NCBI GenBank assembly: GCA_040830765.1
Contig: JBFOMH010000014.1
Coordinates: 1 to 56,290, forward strand
Source: Puniceicoccaceae bacterium
GTDB lineage: Bacteria; Verrucomicrobiota; Verrucomicrobiia; Opitutales; Oceanipulchritudinaceae
DNA length: 56,290 bases
Direction: 5' to 3'
The notes beneath the pieces are model-generated. The model was not told where the DNA came from. It ran no database searches and saw only the letters and a list, made by a program, of their open reading frames with translations. The translations under genes and the position numbers were made by a program. Shown piece after piece: positions 39,125 through 48,362 of this stretch. How positions within the stretch are numbered: the first letter of the stretch is position 1; each line of letters opens with the position of its first letter.

Positions 39125-41074
39125 TCATTGGCCTAGGTGCTTCAACAGGAAGGCCCCGATTTTCTCGTAATACTCACTCCAATCCGATTCCTTGTCGAAC
39201 GCCTCAAACTCAACGAGCTCAACGTGGGTGCCCGAAGCCTCCAGGGCCTCCTGCATGGCCTTCGCCGGGGCTGCAGATTGACGGTAGTCTTCGTGGAAAA
39301 GGAGAACCGGAACCTTTATCTTCTCACTGTAATGAATCGGGGAAAGCGCCTTGACCTGCTGAAACTTCTCCTCGGCATCCTGGACAAGTTTTTCATCGGA
39401 AGTGTCAGATACAAAAGACCCTTTCTCGAGTACTTCAGCATAATCGTAGAATCCGGAATTCCCGATGACACAGGTGGCAATTTCCGGCTCAAGAGCCAGA
39501 CAAGAAAGTGACACGTTGGCACCGTAGTCCTCGCCGAAAAGAGCGACGCGACGCGCATCCACATAACCCTGGTCAACCGCCCACTTTATTCCATCGATGA
39601 CGTCATTTGGCGATTCCTGACAAATACCGAGAAAGTCACCATCAAGCGCGTAGGCATCGCCATAGCCACCGGATCCACGGTAATTGACCTGCAAAACAGC
39701 ATAGCCCAGGGAGGCAAGGAATTGGGCGAAGGAATCGAAACCCCATTGCTCCCTGCTCCCATAATAATCATTAGGCATGGCAACCAAAGGAACCGGATTT
39801 CCGGAACGGAAATCCTCAGGGAGCATCAGGTATCCGTGGATCAAGTCCCCATTTCTGTTGGGATAGGTAACCGGATTCAGTGAGGGTAGGTCCATATCCT
39901 GAAGCCACGGCCGGGTATGGTAAATCGGCTGATTTTCGCCCGTCTTCAGATCGAAACGGGCCATTATCGTCCCTTGGTTGTCTGTAAGGATCATATAGAA
40001 GATATACCGGTTGTCCTTGGACAATCCGCGGAAAACGGGATAACCCTGCTGAACGGTTTCTTCCAGGTGTTTCATGAGCTTCCCCAGCTCTGGATCAAAG
40101 TATAATGCCTTGGGCTTGTCCTTGTAATAAAGCAAACCGGCTAACGGTCCACCGGCCCTTAATTCGATAGTCAAGGGAAGAAAATCATAACCATTCAGGA
40201 AGATTGGCTCCCCGATGGGTTTTACCTCATCCGGATTATACCATGTCATGCCGGTATAACCGTCCTCACTTTTCAGATACATAAGGGCAGTATTCTTGTC
40301 CTTGAGATACTTGATTTTTCCAGGAAGTTCCAATGGAACAAGACTGGCCCTGACTTTCTCTTCATCGGGATGCTCCACATCTCTCAAAAGATCGAAATCC
40401 AGTTTATAAGTTTTCCTGTCGAAGGATACCGCATACGGCTCATCCCGAATAAAGTACCAATCCTCGATGAAGCCCGGGTTTGTCCAACGGGTCACTTCCT
40501 TCAGCTTCAATCCCTTGTCCAGTTCAAGTAAAACAATGGAAGGTTCTTTTTTCCCTATATCCCTCCAAAGCTGCTCTTCGACAAAAAACCGGCGCATTAA
40601 TCCGGGGGTAGAGTACTCAATCCTGGTGTAGACATCGAAGTCGCCGGAATCCCTGTATTGGAGTAAATTGCCCTCTTTCTTGCAGGAGACAACCTGGAAC
40701 CCGGCAAGTCCCCCATTACCCGCCTTGACATTATATCCGACAAAATCGTTATCAACCCAACCCGGTTGCGATAGTTCATAGGATTGATTCGGAGCAACAA
40801 AAAGCCCCTTCTCAATGCCATCTCCCAATTCATCCAGATCAACCACGACCAAACCGGTCTCCCCCTTGCGACTGACGCGGGCATAAAAGCGATCCCCTTC
40901 AGGAGAAAGCTGAAAGCCAATACCTTGCGGATAAAGGGAGAAGAGCTCAGCCAATTCCTCCAGGCTCTTGTTCTTGAGGGATTGGGTCATGGCGTGAAGC
41001 GAGGTCACAGCACAGCCGATGCTAAAGAAGAGGAGCGTCCAACCAAAGCAGGCAGTGCGTAGACTTATTCCCAT
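39125..41074 (-). CDS. exported S9-family peptidase homolog lacking catalytic residues
   Basis: Collinear paralog of 41190-43169; VNYRGSGGYG kept, but GEDYG replaces GxSxG. Start chosen at ATG 41074 (track 41131). Confidence 0.85.
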   Translation of the reverse strand: MGISLRTACFGWTLLFFSIGCAVTSLHAMTQSLKNKSLEELAELFSLYPQGIGFQLSPEGDRFYARVSRKGETGLVVVDLDELGDGIEKGLFVAPNQSYELSQPGWVDNDFVGYNVKAGNGGLAGFQVVSCKKEGNLLQYRDSGDFDVYTRIEYSTPGLMRRFFVEEQLWRDIGKKEPSIVLLELDKGLKLKEVTRWTNPGFIEDWYFIRDEPYAVSFDRKTYKLDFDLLRDVEHPDEEKVRASLVPLELPGKIKYLKDKNTALMYLKSEDGYTGMTWYNPDEVKPIGEPIFLNGYDFLPLTIELRAGGPLAGLLYYKDKPKALYFDPELGKLMKHLEETVQQGYPVFRGLSKDNRYIFYMILTDNQGTIMARFDLKTGENQPIYHTRPWLQDMDLPSLNPVTYPNRNGDLIHGYLMLPEDFRSGNPVPLVAMPNDYYGSREQWGFDSFAQFLASLGYAVLQVNYRGSGGYGDAYALDGDFLGICQESPNDVIDGIKWAVDQGYVDARRVALFGEDYGANVSLSCLALEPEIATCVIGNSGFYDYAEVLEKGSFVSDTSDEKLVQDAEEKFQQVKALSPIHYSEKIKVPVLLFHEDYRQSAAPAKAMQEALEASGTHVELVEFEAFDKESDWSEYYEKIGAFLLKHLGQ

Positions 41075-41189
41075 GATGAAGCATCCATACGTTCCCATTA
41101 CTACAGATGCAACCTTCAAAGGACCCGGCAATCGAAACCCTCCCGTTTGGTCAATCTGCCCATGCCGAGTGTGGACTGGGCTTTTGCAA

Positions 41190-43169
41190 TTACTTGGCTA
41201 GGTGCTCCAGCAAAAAAGCCCCGATTTCCTCGAAATGTTGCCGCTTCCGCTTCTCGTTGTCGAATCCGTGCAGCATGAAGTTCTTCTTAAGGAGCGTTAC
41301 ATCTCCCCCATTGTCCTTCAGCGCTTTCTCCATGTCCTTTGCCTGTTTCGCACCGACCCGCTCATCACGGCCTCCATGGATTAAGAGCACTGGAGCCTTG
41401 ATCTTGTCAGCCTGGTTGACTGGGGAAAGCGATTCATAAAACTCCGCCTTTTCCTCATAATCGGAATACAAATCTTCGGCAAAGATGCGTTCCTTGCGGA
41501 TATCCTCCTCCAGCATCAGCGTAAAGTCATAGACGCCGGCAAAGCCAATCGCACATGCGGCGAGCTCAGGTTCAAGAGCAGCACAGGCAAGGGAGAGGTA
41601 GGCCCCGAAGCTGCCTCCGTAGAAACCAATGCGCTTTTCATCAGCATAGCCTTGGTCAATGGCCCAGCGAACACCATCGATCACATCCTTCGGGGATTCC
41701 TCGGAAATGGTTATCAAGTCCTCCTCAAGGCCATAAGAATTTCCGAAGCCATCAGAGCCACGAAAATTAACCTGCAAGACGCCTAGTCCCAAGGCTGCTA
41801 AAAACTGGGCCTCCGCATCGAATCCCCAGAAGTCCCGTACCCATGGCCCTCCGTGGGATAGGGCGACCAGCGGGACAGGATTTCCTTCCTTGAAATCCAA
41901 AGGGAGCGTCAGGTAGCCATGGATGGTGTCCCCGTCCCGGTTGGTGAAGGTAATGGGGTCCCTGGATGGCAGTTGCATGCCTTGCAGCCAGGGGCGGGTG
42001 TGGTAAACGGGCTGATTTTCGCCTGAACTTAAATCAAAGCGGCCAATTGTGGTTCCATGCGTATCGGAGAGGACTTCGTAGAAAACGAAACGGCTGTCCT
42101 TGCTCAGGCCAAGGAAACGGGCGATCCCTGGCGCCATAGCCTTCTCCAGATGCTTCATGACTTTCCCCAGGTCCCGGTCGAGGTAAAAGCACTTCGGCTT
42201 ATCCTTGTGATAGGTCAACCCGACAACGGGACCTCCAGCGCGGAGTTCCAGGACACGGGCTGTCTTGCCGGGATTGATATCATAGCCATCAACGTGAAGG
42301 GCTTGGCCAACAATCTCCCCTTGCTTGATATTGTACCAGGCAATGCCGCGATAACCCGCTTCGTTATCGAGGGAAATCAAGGCAATGTTCTCGTCGATGA
42401 ACTGCTCAATAGTTCCCGGCAAATTCATGGGTTCAAGAGTGTAGCGGACAGTATCCTCATCCGGCATCTGCTCCACCTTGAGAGCATCGAAATCCATTGA
42501 GTACGTCTCCCCGTCTACCAGTATCGCAAGGGGACGGTCCTTGTAGATGTACCAGTTCTCAATCATTCCCGGATTTTTCCATACCGCTACTTCGTCAACA
42601 TCCATATGCTTGTCGATTTCCAGGAGGGCAACCGACTGGTAGCGTTTACCCCATGTACCCATGAGTCCCTCAGAGACGAAAAATTTCCGCTTCAATGAGG
42701 GCGCTCCAAAATTGAAGAACCGCATCTCGGCACTGGAAATCAGCTCGATATATTGCAACAGGTTGCGATCCTTGTCACAGGAAACGATCTGATAACCAAT
42801 GTAGCCAATATCATCGACGACCTTGTTGAAGGCAATCAGGTCGTTATCGATCCAACCTGGATTATCCAGTTCGAATTGGGAATCAGGTTCCAGGAAACGG
42901 CCTTTCTCGAGCCCTCCGCTTAACTCATCAAGATCAACCACGACAAGGCCCCTCTCTCCATTGCGGTTGACGTAAGCAAAGAAGCGGTCCCCATCTGGAG
43001 AAATCTGGAAGCCGTCCCCGTACGGAAAACGGGCAAAGAGCTCGGCCAGCTCGTCGAGGCTCATATTTGTCAGCGAAGGCGTCTTCGCGAATGACACGGT
43101 CCCCAATAAGAACAGGCAAACTACTACCCGCAGGATTGACCTGCATGTGTGTCTAAAATCGCATCCCAT
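41190..43169 (-). CDS. exported S9C-family serine peptidase (propeller plus alpha/beta hydrolase)
   Basis: HGGPW.RD, VNFRGS.GFG, GGSFG (Ser), HGGRDERV (Asp), HGF (His); signal peptide. Start chosen at ATG 43169 (track 43304). Confidence 0.9.
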   Translation of the reverse strand: MGCDFRHTCRSILRVVVCLFLLGTVSFAKTPSLTNMSLDELAELFARFPYGDGFQISPDGDRFFAYVNRNGERGLVVVDLDELSGGLEKGRFLEPDSQFELDNPGWIDNDLIAFNKVVDDIGYIGYQIVSCDKDRNLLQYIELISSAEMRFFNFGAPSLKRKFFVSEGLMGTWGKRYQSVALLEIDKHMDVDEVAVWKNPGMIENWYIYKDRPLAILVDGETYSMDFDALKVEQMPDEDTVRYTLEPMNLPGTIEQFIDENIALISLDNEAGYRGIAWYNIKQGEIVGQALHVDGYDINPGKTARVLELRAGGPVVGLTYHKDKPKCFYLDRDLGKVMKHLEKAMAPGIARFLGLSKDSRFVFYEVLSDTHGTTIGRFDLSSGENQPVYHTRPWLQGMQLPSRDPITFTNRDGDTIHGYLTLPLDFKEGNPVPLVALSHGGPWVRDFWGFDAEAQFLAALGLGVLQVNFRGSDGFGNSYGLEEDLITISEESPKDVIDGVRWAIDQGYADEKRIGFYGGSFGAYLSLACAALEPELAACAIGFAGVYDFTLMLEEDIRKERIFAEDLYSDYEEKAEFYESLSPVNQADKIKAPVLLIHGGRDERVGAKQAKDMEKALKDNGGDVTLLKKNFMLHGFDNEKRKRQHFEEIGAFLLEHLAK

Positions 43170-43415
43170 GATGGCGCATCGATAGCCAAAGGGAATTTTT
43201 ATGGCAACACTCAAAGGCTGCCATCGCTGGAATTTCAGGAATCCAGCGGACTTCCGGCGCAGGAAATAGGCAATGGCTGCCCGGGAAAGCAGACAATTTG
43301 TCAATAGAGTATCAAAAGTCGGCGGGAGTCATCTCTGAACTCCGGTCTGCGCCGGGAAGCGGCCAAAATGCCCGGCGATCGTGGAAGACCGCTTCCAGTA
43401 ACAAACTGTATGAAC

Positions 43416-43874
43416 ATGACAAAAATCCTGACATCGCGACTGCTTCCGTGCGCCATACTGGCAGCTTTGACGGCAGCGACCATATACATGTCCATCCGAA
43501 GCTCCTCCCGGATGTCCGAGATAATCTGGATCCCCGACTGGCTGGGCCAGTGGGCGGATCAGAACCCGGATCTGCGAACCTCCGTTCCCTTCTTTCTCCT
43601 CTCCGTAATTTGCCCGGTCGCCGTTGGGGCCGGAAAGCAACAATCAACTGCTGGATTGAATGCCCGGTGGCTGATTGCCAGTTATGCCTTCATCGCGGTA
43701 TTACTGGTGACAAGTGAATGCTCGCAGTATTTCATCCATACCCGCTTTCTCAGCGTCAATGACATCCTGTGGGGATTTTGCGGTCTTGCCGCTGGCATAT
43801 GTGCGGGACTGTGCGGCTGGTGGCAGGGAATGAAATTGATGGCTATCTTTCCAAAAGCCCGCCCGGAGTACTGA
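43416..43874 (+). CDS. VanZ-like membrane protein
   Basis: About four TM segments with SECSQYFIHTRFLSVNDILWG (VanZ-type E..Q...R.....D motif); 3' end overlaps the secretin gene. Confidence 0.65.
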   Translation: MTKILTSRLLPCAILAALTAATIYMSIRSSSRMSEIIWIPDWLGQWADQNPDLRTSVPFFLLSVICPVAVGAGKQQSTAGLNARWLIASYAFIAVLLVTSECSQYFIHTRFLSVNDILWGFCGLAAGICAGLCGWWQGMKLMAIFPKARPEY

Positions 43875-45783
43875 GCTGCGGCGTTTGAAAAAGGGCATTG
43901 CGTTCAATTTCCGGCAGATACTGGAAGGCGGGAGAACCTCCGGGGCTGACGAGGTTCGCAGTGACGAAGATGAGCAAGTTGCGCTTCTGGGTACTTTCGC
44001 CCTCGGTACGGAAGAGTCGGCCGAGGAGTGGCAGATCGCCCAGAATGGGAACCCTGTCATTGACACGGACGGCATGTTCGCGGGTGAGTCCGCCCATCAC
44101 CACGGTGGCCCCATCCCAGATAGTGACCTCGGTTTGCACCCGTCGAACGCTGAAGACAGGTTGATAGAACCCACTGGGGACCGTCACGGTGGTATCGGAG
44201 GCGATGGCCACGGAAGTTCCTCCATATTCAACAAAGCCCTCGAATTCCGTCACCTTCGGCTTCAGTTGCAGGCTGATTGCATTGTCCTCCTCAACGGTGG
44301 GGGTGACCTCCATCTCCACGCCAACGTTGCGGGTGGTAAAGGAACGAGGCGTCCCGGCAGTGATGGCGACTCCGGCTGAACCACTGGTGCTGTCACCCCT
44401 TCCGACTTCAGCATTGGTGTCCCCATACATCTCCGGATACCGGAATTCCTCTGCCACGACGATCTCGGCCGTCTTCCCACTGAGCACGGTCAACTTTGGT
44501 GCGCTGAGCAAATCATTCCCCGACTGGCGCTCGAGAGCCCGCAGGACGACGTCAAGATCAAGCTCACCTAAAACCCCATTGGCGGTAAGAAGGCTGGCAG
44601 CTTCCTCGGCCAGATCAACGGTCACCGGGAGGATGGGTGCTCCCTGGCCAATGGCCGGCAAGTCGAGACCTGGCCGGTCGATGACAATGCGGCGCTCGTC
44701 CTGACCGACACTGAAGGCATTGGCCAGGTTCCGCGCGGATCTATTCGTCAGGATGTCATTACTTTCCGATACAAGTGTCCACTGCAGGCCGAGTTCCTCA
44801 AGGTTGCGTTCCTCCACTTCGATAAAGCGCGCCTCGATTTCCACCTGCTTGATTTCCCGGTACCGGCGCAACAACTGCCGGACCTTCTCGTGATTCCGCG
44901 GTGTCTGGGTGACAATCAATTGTCCGTCAGCCAATGCCAGACTGGCCCCATCGACTCCGTCAAAAGGGACACCGGCCCGCTGCAGGAAACCCTTCAGGGC
45001 CCGTTCCGTTTCTCCCCTCTTGTCCGGCATGGGTTCCTTGGCCACTGCAAATGGGTCCGGGATCAGTGTTTCAGCAGATATGTTCCGATCTTCGCTGAAT
45101 CCGGTCAGTCGAATCATGGTGGACCGGCTAATCGGGTAAAATTCCGTTTCCAAACCCATGCCCGGACCTTGGCGGGGCCGGAGGACCACGGCATCCGTTT
45201 GCAGGTCGTACTCAAAACCGACGGATTCAGAAACAAAATCAAGGATTCGCTTCAAGGTAATCCGTCGCAGGACAATGGAAACACGTGGATCGCGACCCTC
45301 CGGATCAATCAGGACAATATTGAAACCTTCCCCGTCAGATGAATGGGTCAGGGAGATTTCCGAAAGGGTTTCGACGACCTGACTCAAGGGGAGTTGGCGA
45401 AACTCCACCTTGGGAATGAAAACGGATCCGAGACGGTCCCGAATTTGCTCCTGCTCATTTCCCCGGGTTTCAACATGGTCACCGCGGGACACTTGCGGGC
45501 GTTTCCAACCGTAATCCACCTCCCCCAGCAAAGCATCCCGGGTTCTTTCACGAATGGTCTCAGGATAGGGGAATTGAAGCTGGTTTTGCTCCGCCATAGG
45601 TTCTTCCGTGGTACGCGTGGGAACAGCTTTCGGATGGGATTGTTTTTCATAAAGGACCTCAACCCCACCCTTTTCACGAAGCCAAAGGCTTTCCTGATCA
45701 AGGTTTGAAGAGGCACTCAATGGACAACCAAACGGGACCAGTAATACGCCGAGAATGCATATTTCGAGGGGATCAGTTTTCAT
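43843..45783 (-). CDS. secretin (GspD/PilQ family, Amuc_1098-like)
   Basis: STN-like N domain, QVEIEARFIEV, LSAPKLTVLSGK.A, VGVEMEVTP, TEFEGFVEYG, QPVFSVR, DGATVVMGGL, VPILGDLPLLGRLFR, KRNLLIFVTA. Confidence 0.93.
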   Translation of the reverse strand: MKTDPLEICILGVLLVPFGCPLSASSNLDQESLWLREKGGVEVLYEKQSHPKAVPTRTTEEPMAEQNQLQFPYPETIRERTRDALLGEVDYGWKRPQVSRGDHVETRGNEQEQIRDRLGSVFIPKVEFRQLPLSQVVETLSEISLTHSSDGEGFNIVLIDPEGRDPRVSIVLRRITLKRILDFVSESVGFEYDLQTDAVVLRPRQGPGMGLETEFYPISRSTMIRLTGFSEDRNISAETLIPDPFAVAKEPMPDKRGETERALKGFLQRAGVPFDGVDGASLALADGQLIVTQTPRNHEKVRQLLRRYREIKQVEIEARFIEVEERNLEELGLQWTLVSESNDILTNRSARNLANAFSVGQDERRIVIDRPGLDLPAIGQGAPILPVTVDLAEEAASLLTANGVLGELDLDVVLRALERQSGNDLLSAPKLTVLSGKTAEIVVAEEFRYPEMYGDTNAEVGRGDSTSGSAGVAITAGTPRSFTTRNVGVEMEVTPTVEEDNAISLQLKPKVTEFEGFVEYGGTSVAIASDTTVTVPSGFYQPVFSVRRVQTEVTIWDGATVVMGGLTREHAVRVNDRVPILGDLPLLGRLFRTEGESTQKRNLLIFVTANLVSPGGSPAFQYLPEIERNALFQTPQLSTPGGLLER

Positions 45784-46319
45784 GGTTGGAGTTGGGCGGC
45801 ACTCAAGGCATATGGACTCAGGACTCGTCTGCCCGGATTCATCCGGTACTGGCGTCCGGTCGATAAATCGACAAGTAACGGCCAGCTATCATTGCTCTCC
45901 CTTAAAAGGGCCACTTGGGCGACTGTATCCGTCCCTCCGGCAGCAAGGCGAAACCAGCGACTTGAACGTTTGTCGAGAAAGCAGAACACCAGCCGGTCCC
46001 CTTCATTGACATGCCCAAATAGCTCCACCGGCAGAAGAGGTGTTGCAGAAGGCGGGGGGTCGCTGACGGGGTTGAGTCCTTTTGGCACCCGCGGAAATTC
46101 ACTTTCGGCGATGGGTTTATGAATGGAAAGGCACTCCCACCCTTTTAGTGGATTGGACTGCATCCCCAAGTCCATGGGCAGGGAAAGGAATTGAATCCCA
46201 CCCGGGAATGACAGTGATTCCCGAGTGCCATGAACCATGTACAGCGAAGCAGAGACAAATGTGAAAGAAACTCCCCGGAAAAACCACTTCATCAAGAAAA
46301 TCCTTTGGCTGTGGTTCAT
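45780..46319 (-). CDS. membrane-anchored hypothetical protein (PilP/GspC position)
   Basis: N-terminal TM, Pro-rich linker, small beta-rich domain; TGATG and ATGA overlaps with its neighbours. Confidence 0.65.
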   Translation of the reverse strand: MNHSQRIFLMKWFFRGVSFTFVSASLYMVHGTRESLSFPGGIQFLSLPMDLGMQSNPLKGWECLSIHKPIAESEFPRVPKGLNPVSDPPPSATPLLPVELFGHVNEGDRLVFCFLDKRSSRWFRLAAGGTDTVAQVALLRESNDSWPLLVDLSTGRQYRMNPGRRVLSPYALSAAQLQP

Positions 46320-46969
46320 CAATGGATTGGTCCGGTGGCGAATGAAAGGCTGCCCCGAATCCACCATGCCTGGCCTCCTTCCTCCTGGATCATGTCCATC
46401 TCCCCAAGTTTCCAGAGCATACGGTCCGATGGCAGGGAAAGCAGTGTCCGTCCGATGGCAATCGGGTTTCCGCTAAATTCGAATGCTAGTAAAGGAAGCC
46501 TGCCTGAAGGATCAGGGTACAGGGAAACCTTTTCGAGCGAAAACTTTTCAGACTCCTGAACAACCAACTGGAGCCAATCGATCAAGATGCGAATGTATTG
46601 AGTTATCGAATACTCCGATTGGGATTGCCGGTCTCCTTTTAGCCAGAGCTCAAGGTCATCCGCAACCTGCATCTCAATATCAGGTCGATACAACTCCTCC
46701 TCTATATCCTTCAATTGCAAGAGCAGGGATTCCCGTTCAATAAGATCCTGCTCCCTGCTCCTGGGGTTCAGTCCGGCTTGTCCTGGCAGTGGAAAAACAT
46801 CCCAATCCTGCCATGTCGCATTCGTCTGCTCCGCGAGTTGGAGAAGATCCGCATCCAACGCTGCCGTGTTCAGGGTCACTTCCGGAAATCGATCCCGCAT
46901 GATCCAAGAGGTGAGTACCTGCAGCAGGAGAAGGAGCACCCATAGAACAAACCAGTACTTGCCTTTCAT
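46319..46969 (-). CDS. PilO/GspM-like bitopic membrane protein
   Basis: N-terminal TM, coiled segment, C-terminal ferredoxin-like pattern (LAFEFSG...WWIRGSLSF); translationally coupled. Confidence 0.6.
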   Translation of the reverse strand: MKGKYWFVLWVLLLLLQVLTSWIMRDRFPEVTLNTAALDADLLQLAEQTNATWQDWDVFPLPGQAGLNPRSREQDLIERESLLLQLKDIEEELYRPDIEMQVADDLELWLKGDRQSQSEYSITQYIRILIDWLQLVVQESEKFSLEKVSLYPDPSGRLPLLAFEFSGNPIAIGRTLLSLPSDRMLWKLGEMDMIQEEGGQAWWIRGSLSFATGPIH

Positions 46970-48255
46970 TCGCTGCCCCCCGGGTTGCCGGGTCCGGAAA
47001 TCTGGAATTGTATCCAGTCCTTCCTTCGATTGAAGCGGAGGTTCTCGACAGAGAGAAGAACCTCTCTTCCCTGAAGATCACGAATCCAATTGCGAAACTG
47101 AGGCGATTTCTCGCCACCTTTGCTGGTTCCTTCCAAGGTCACGGCAAGGACGCCCTTCTCTATTCCATCCCCGTCACTTAAATGGATTCTGTGTAATTCG
47201 ATTCCATCGGGAACCGATTGAAGAATGGACCCCGTCAAAATAAATGGCGCTTCGCGGATCTTCTTTTCCTCATCCTTGAGCGACCAAGCGTTATTCGATT
47301 GCTCCCACCGCAGGGCAGCGGCCTCCCAACGCTGATGAAGACCAGATTGCACGTGGGCATCGGGTTCACCTGATCGGCAGGCCCCAAGAAGAAGCAGCAA
47401 CCAACCACCGAGAAGAATGCAGCTAGCTGCCCGAAATAATGAAGTTTGTTCGCGACTGGCGATTCGCTGTTGAAGACCGGCATAATGGAGCCTCTGGCGG
47501 TGGAAATCTCTGACGGGGGCTGGTTGGGCCAGAAACTGTAGGGTATGGCCTGCCCTACCTGACTCCGGCCAGTCCTTCGGCTGGCAAGCGGCATACTCCA
47601 GTCCAAACCTGGATGAGGGCAACTTTCCCTGCATGTGCTGTGGAATCAGGACTTTGCGGATGTCCAATCCAGTTCGTCCGTTGAAGAGCATCCGCGTCTG
47701 CCGCATCCAGTCCTCATCGAGGACCAGGGAGGCGGCCATCTCCTCATCCCCATGCCGCGAGATGCGGCGGAAGATTTCCCCATTCGCGAAGGCAAAAAAA
47801 CAGGCCCGTCTCTCGAGGACAAGGAAGCACCCGTGCCCATTTCGGGAAAACGCCGGCCAGCCTCTCAACCGCTTCTCCAGCGTGTCGATTCCATCTTCAA
47901 TGGCATCAGGAAGCAATTGCTCCGGAATACCCTGCCAGCAGGCCTCAATCCACCCCGGAAGGGACGCTCCACGCTGATTGGCCTGTCGCAGAATCAAAGC
48001 TGGCTCCCCGAGCAGGAGCCACTGAACGGATAGAGCCCGCGAGCGAAGCGGTGGGATTAGGCGTCCCAGGGACTGGCAGTAGTTTTGAGCGTTGCACTGC
48101 TCAACCGGCAGTCTGGCAAACCCTGTACAGCAAGGGCAACCATCAAGGGGAACAAACCAACGCAGAAAAGCAGCGCCGGTATCGGACCAGAACACCGTCA
48201 GCTGTTCGGAGCTTGAGAGGCCCCGGCGGCGGAGATTCTGGAATAGGCCGTTCAT
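46966..48255 (-). CDS. divergent PilM-PilN fusion / GspL-like protein
   Basis: About 280-aa cytoplasmic region, one TM (CILLGGWLLLLL), then PilN-like SVPDGIELHRI...VTLEG...IQFQIS. Confidence 0.6.
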   Translation of the reverse strand: MNGLFQNLRRRGLSSSEQLTVFWSDTGAAFLRWFVPLDGCPCCTGFARLPVEQCNAQNYCQSLGRLIPPLRSRALSVQWLLLGEPALILRQANQRGASLPGWIEACWQGIPEQLLPDAIEDGIDTLEKRLRGWPAFSRNGHGCFLVLERRACFFAFANGEIFRRISRHGDEEMAASLVLDEDWMRQTRMLFNGRTGLDIRKVLIPQHMQGKLPSSRFGLEYAACQPKDWPESGRAGHTLQFLAQPAPVRDFHRQRLHYAGLQQRIASREQTSLFRAASCILLGGWLLLLLGACRSGEPDAHVQSGLHQRWEAAALRWEQSNNAWSLKDEEKKIREAPFILTGSILQSVPDGIELHRIHLSDGDGIEKGVLAVTLEGTSKGGEKSPQFRNWIRDLQGREVLLSVENLRFNRRKDWIQFQISGPGNPGGSE

Positions 48256-48362
48256 GCGGGTCTATTCTATCGCTGAAGGGACGCTAATTCCATACCTGAA
48301 TTTGGTTGTGGAAAACAGCCTTCGCTTGCCATCAAGCCGGTATGCGGCACGGTAATCTGAAG

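Noticed and set aside
39125..41074. Calling the dead S9 copy a pseudogene
   Set aside because: It has no stops or frameshifts, and its signal peptide and upstream boxes are retained.
43261..43330. Resemblance to a c-di-GMP-I riboswitch (GGCAA...GAAA...GAC)
   Set aside because: The GCAAA and P3 elements are missing and the spacing does not fit.
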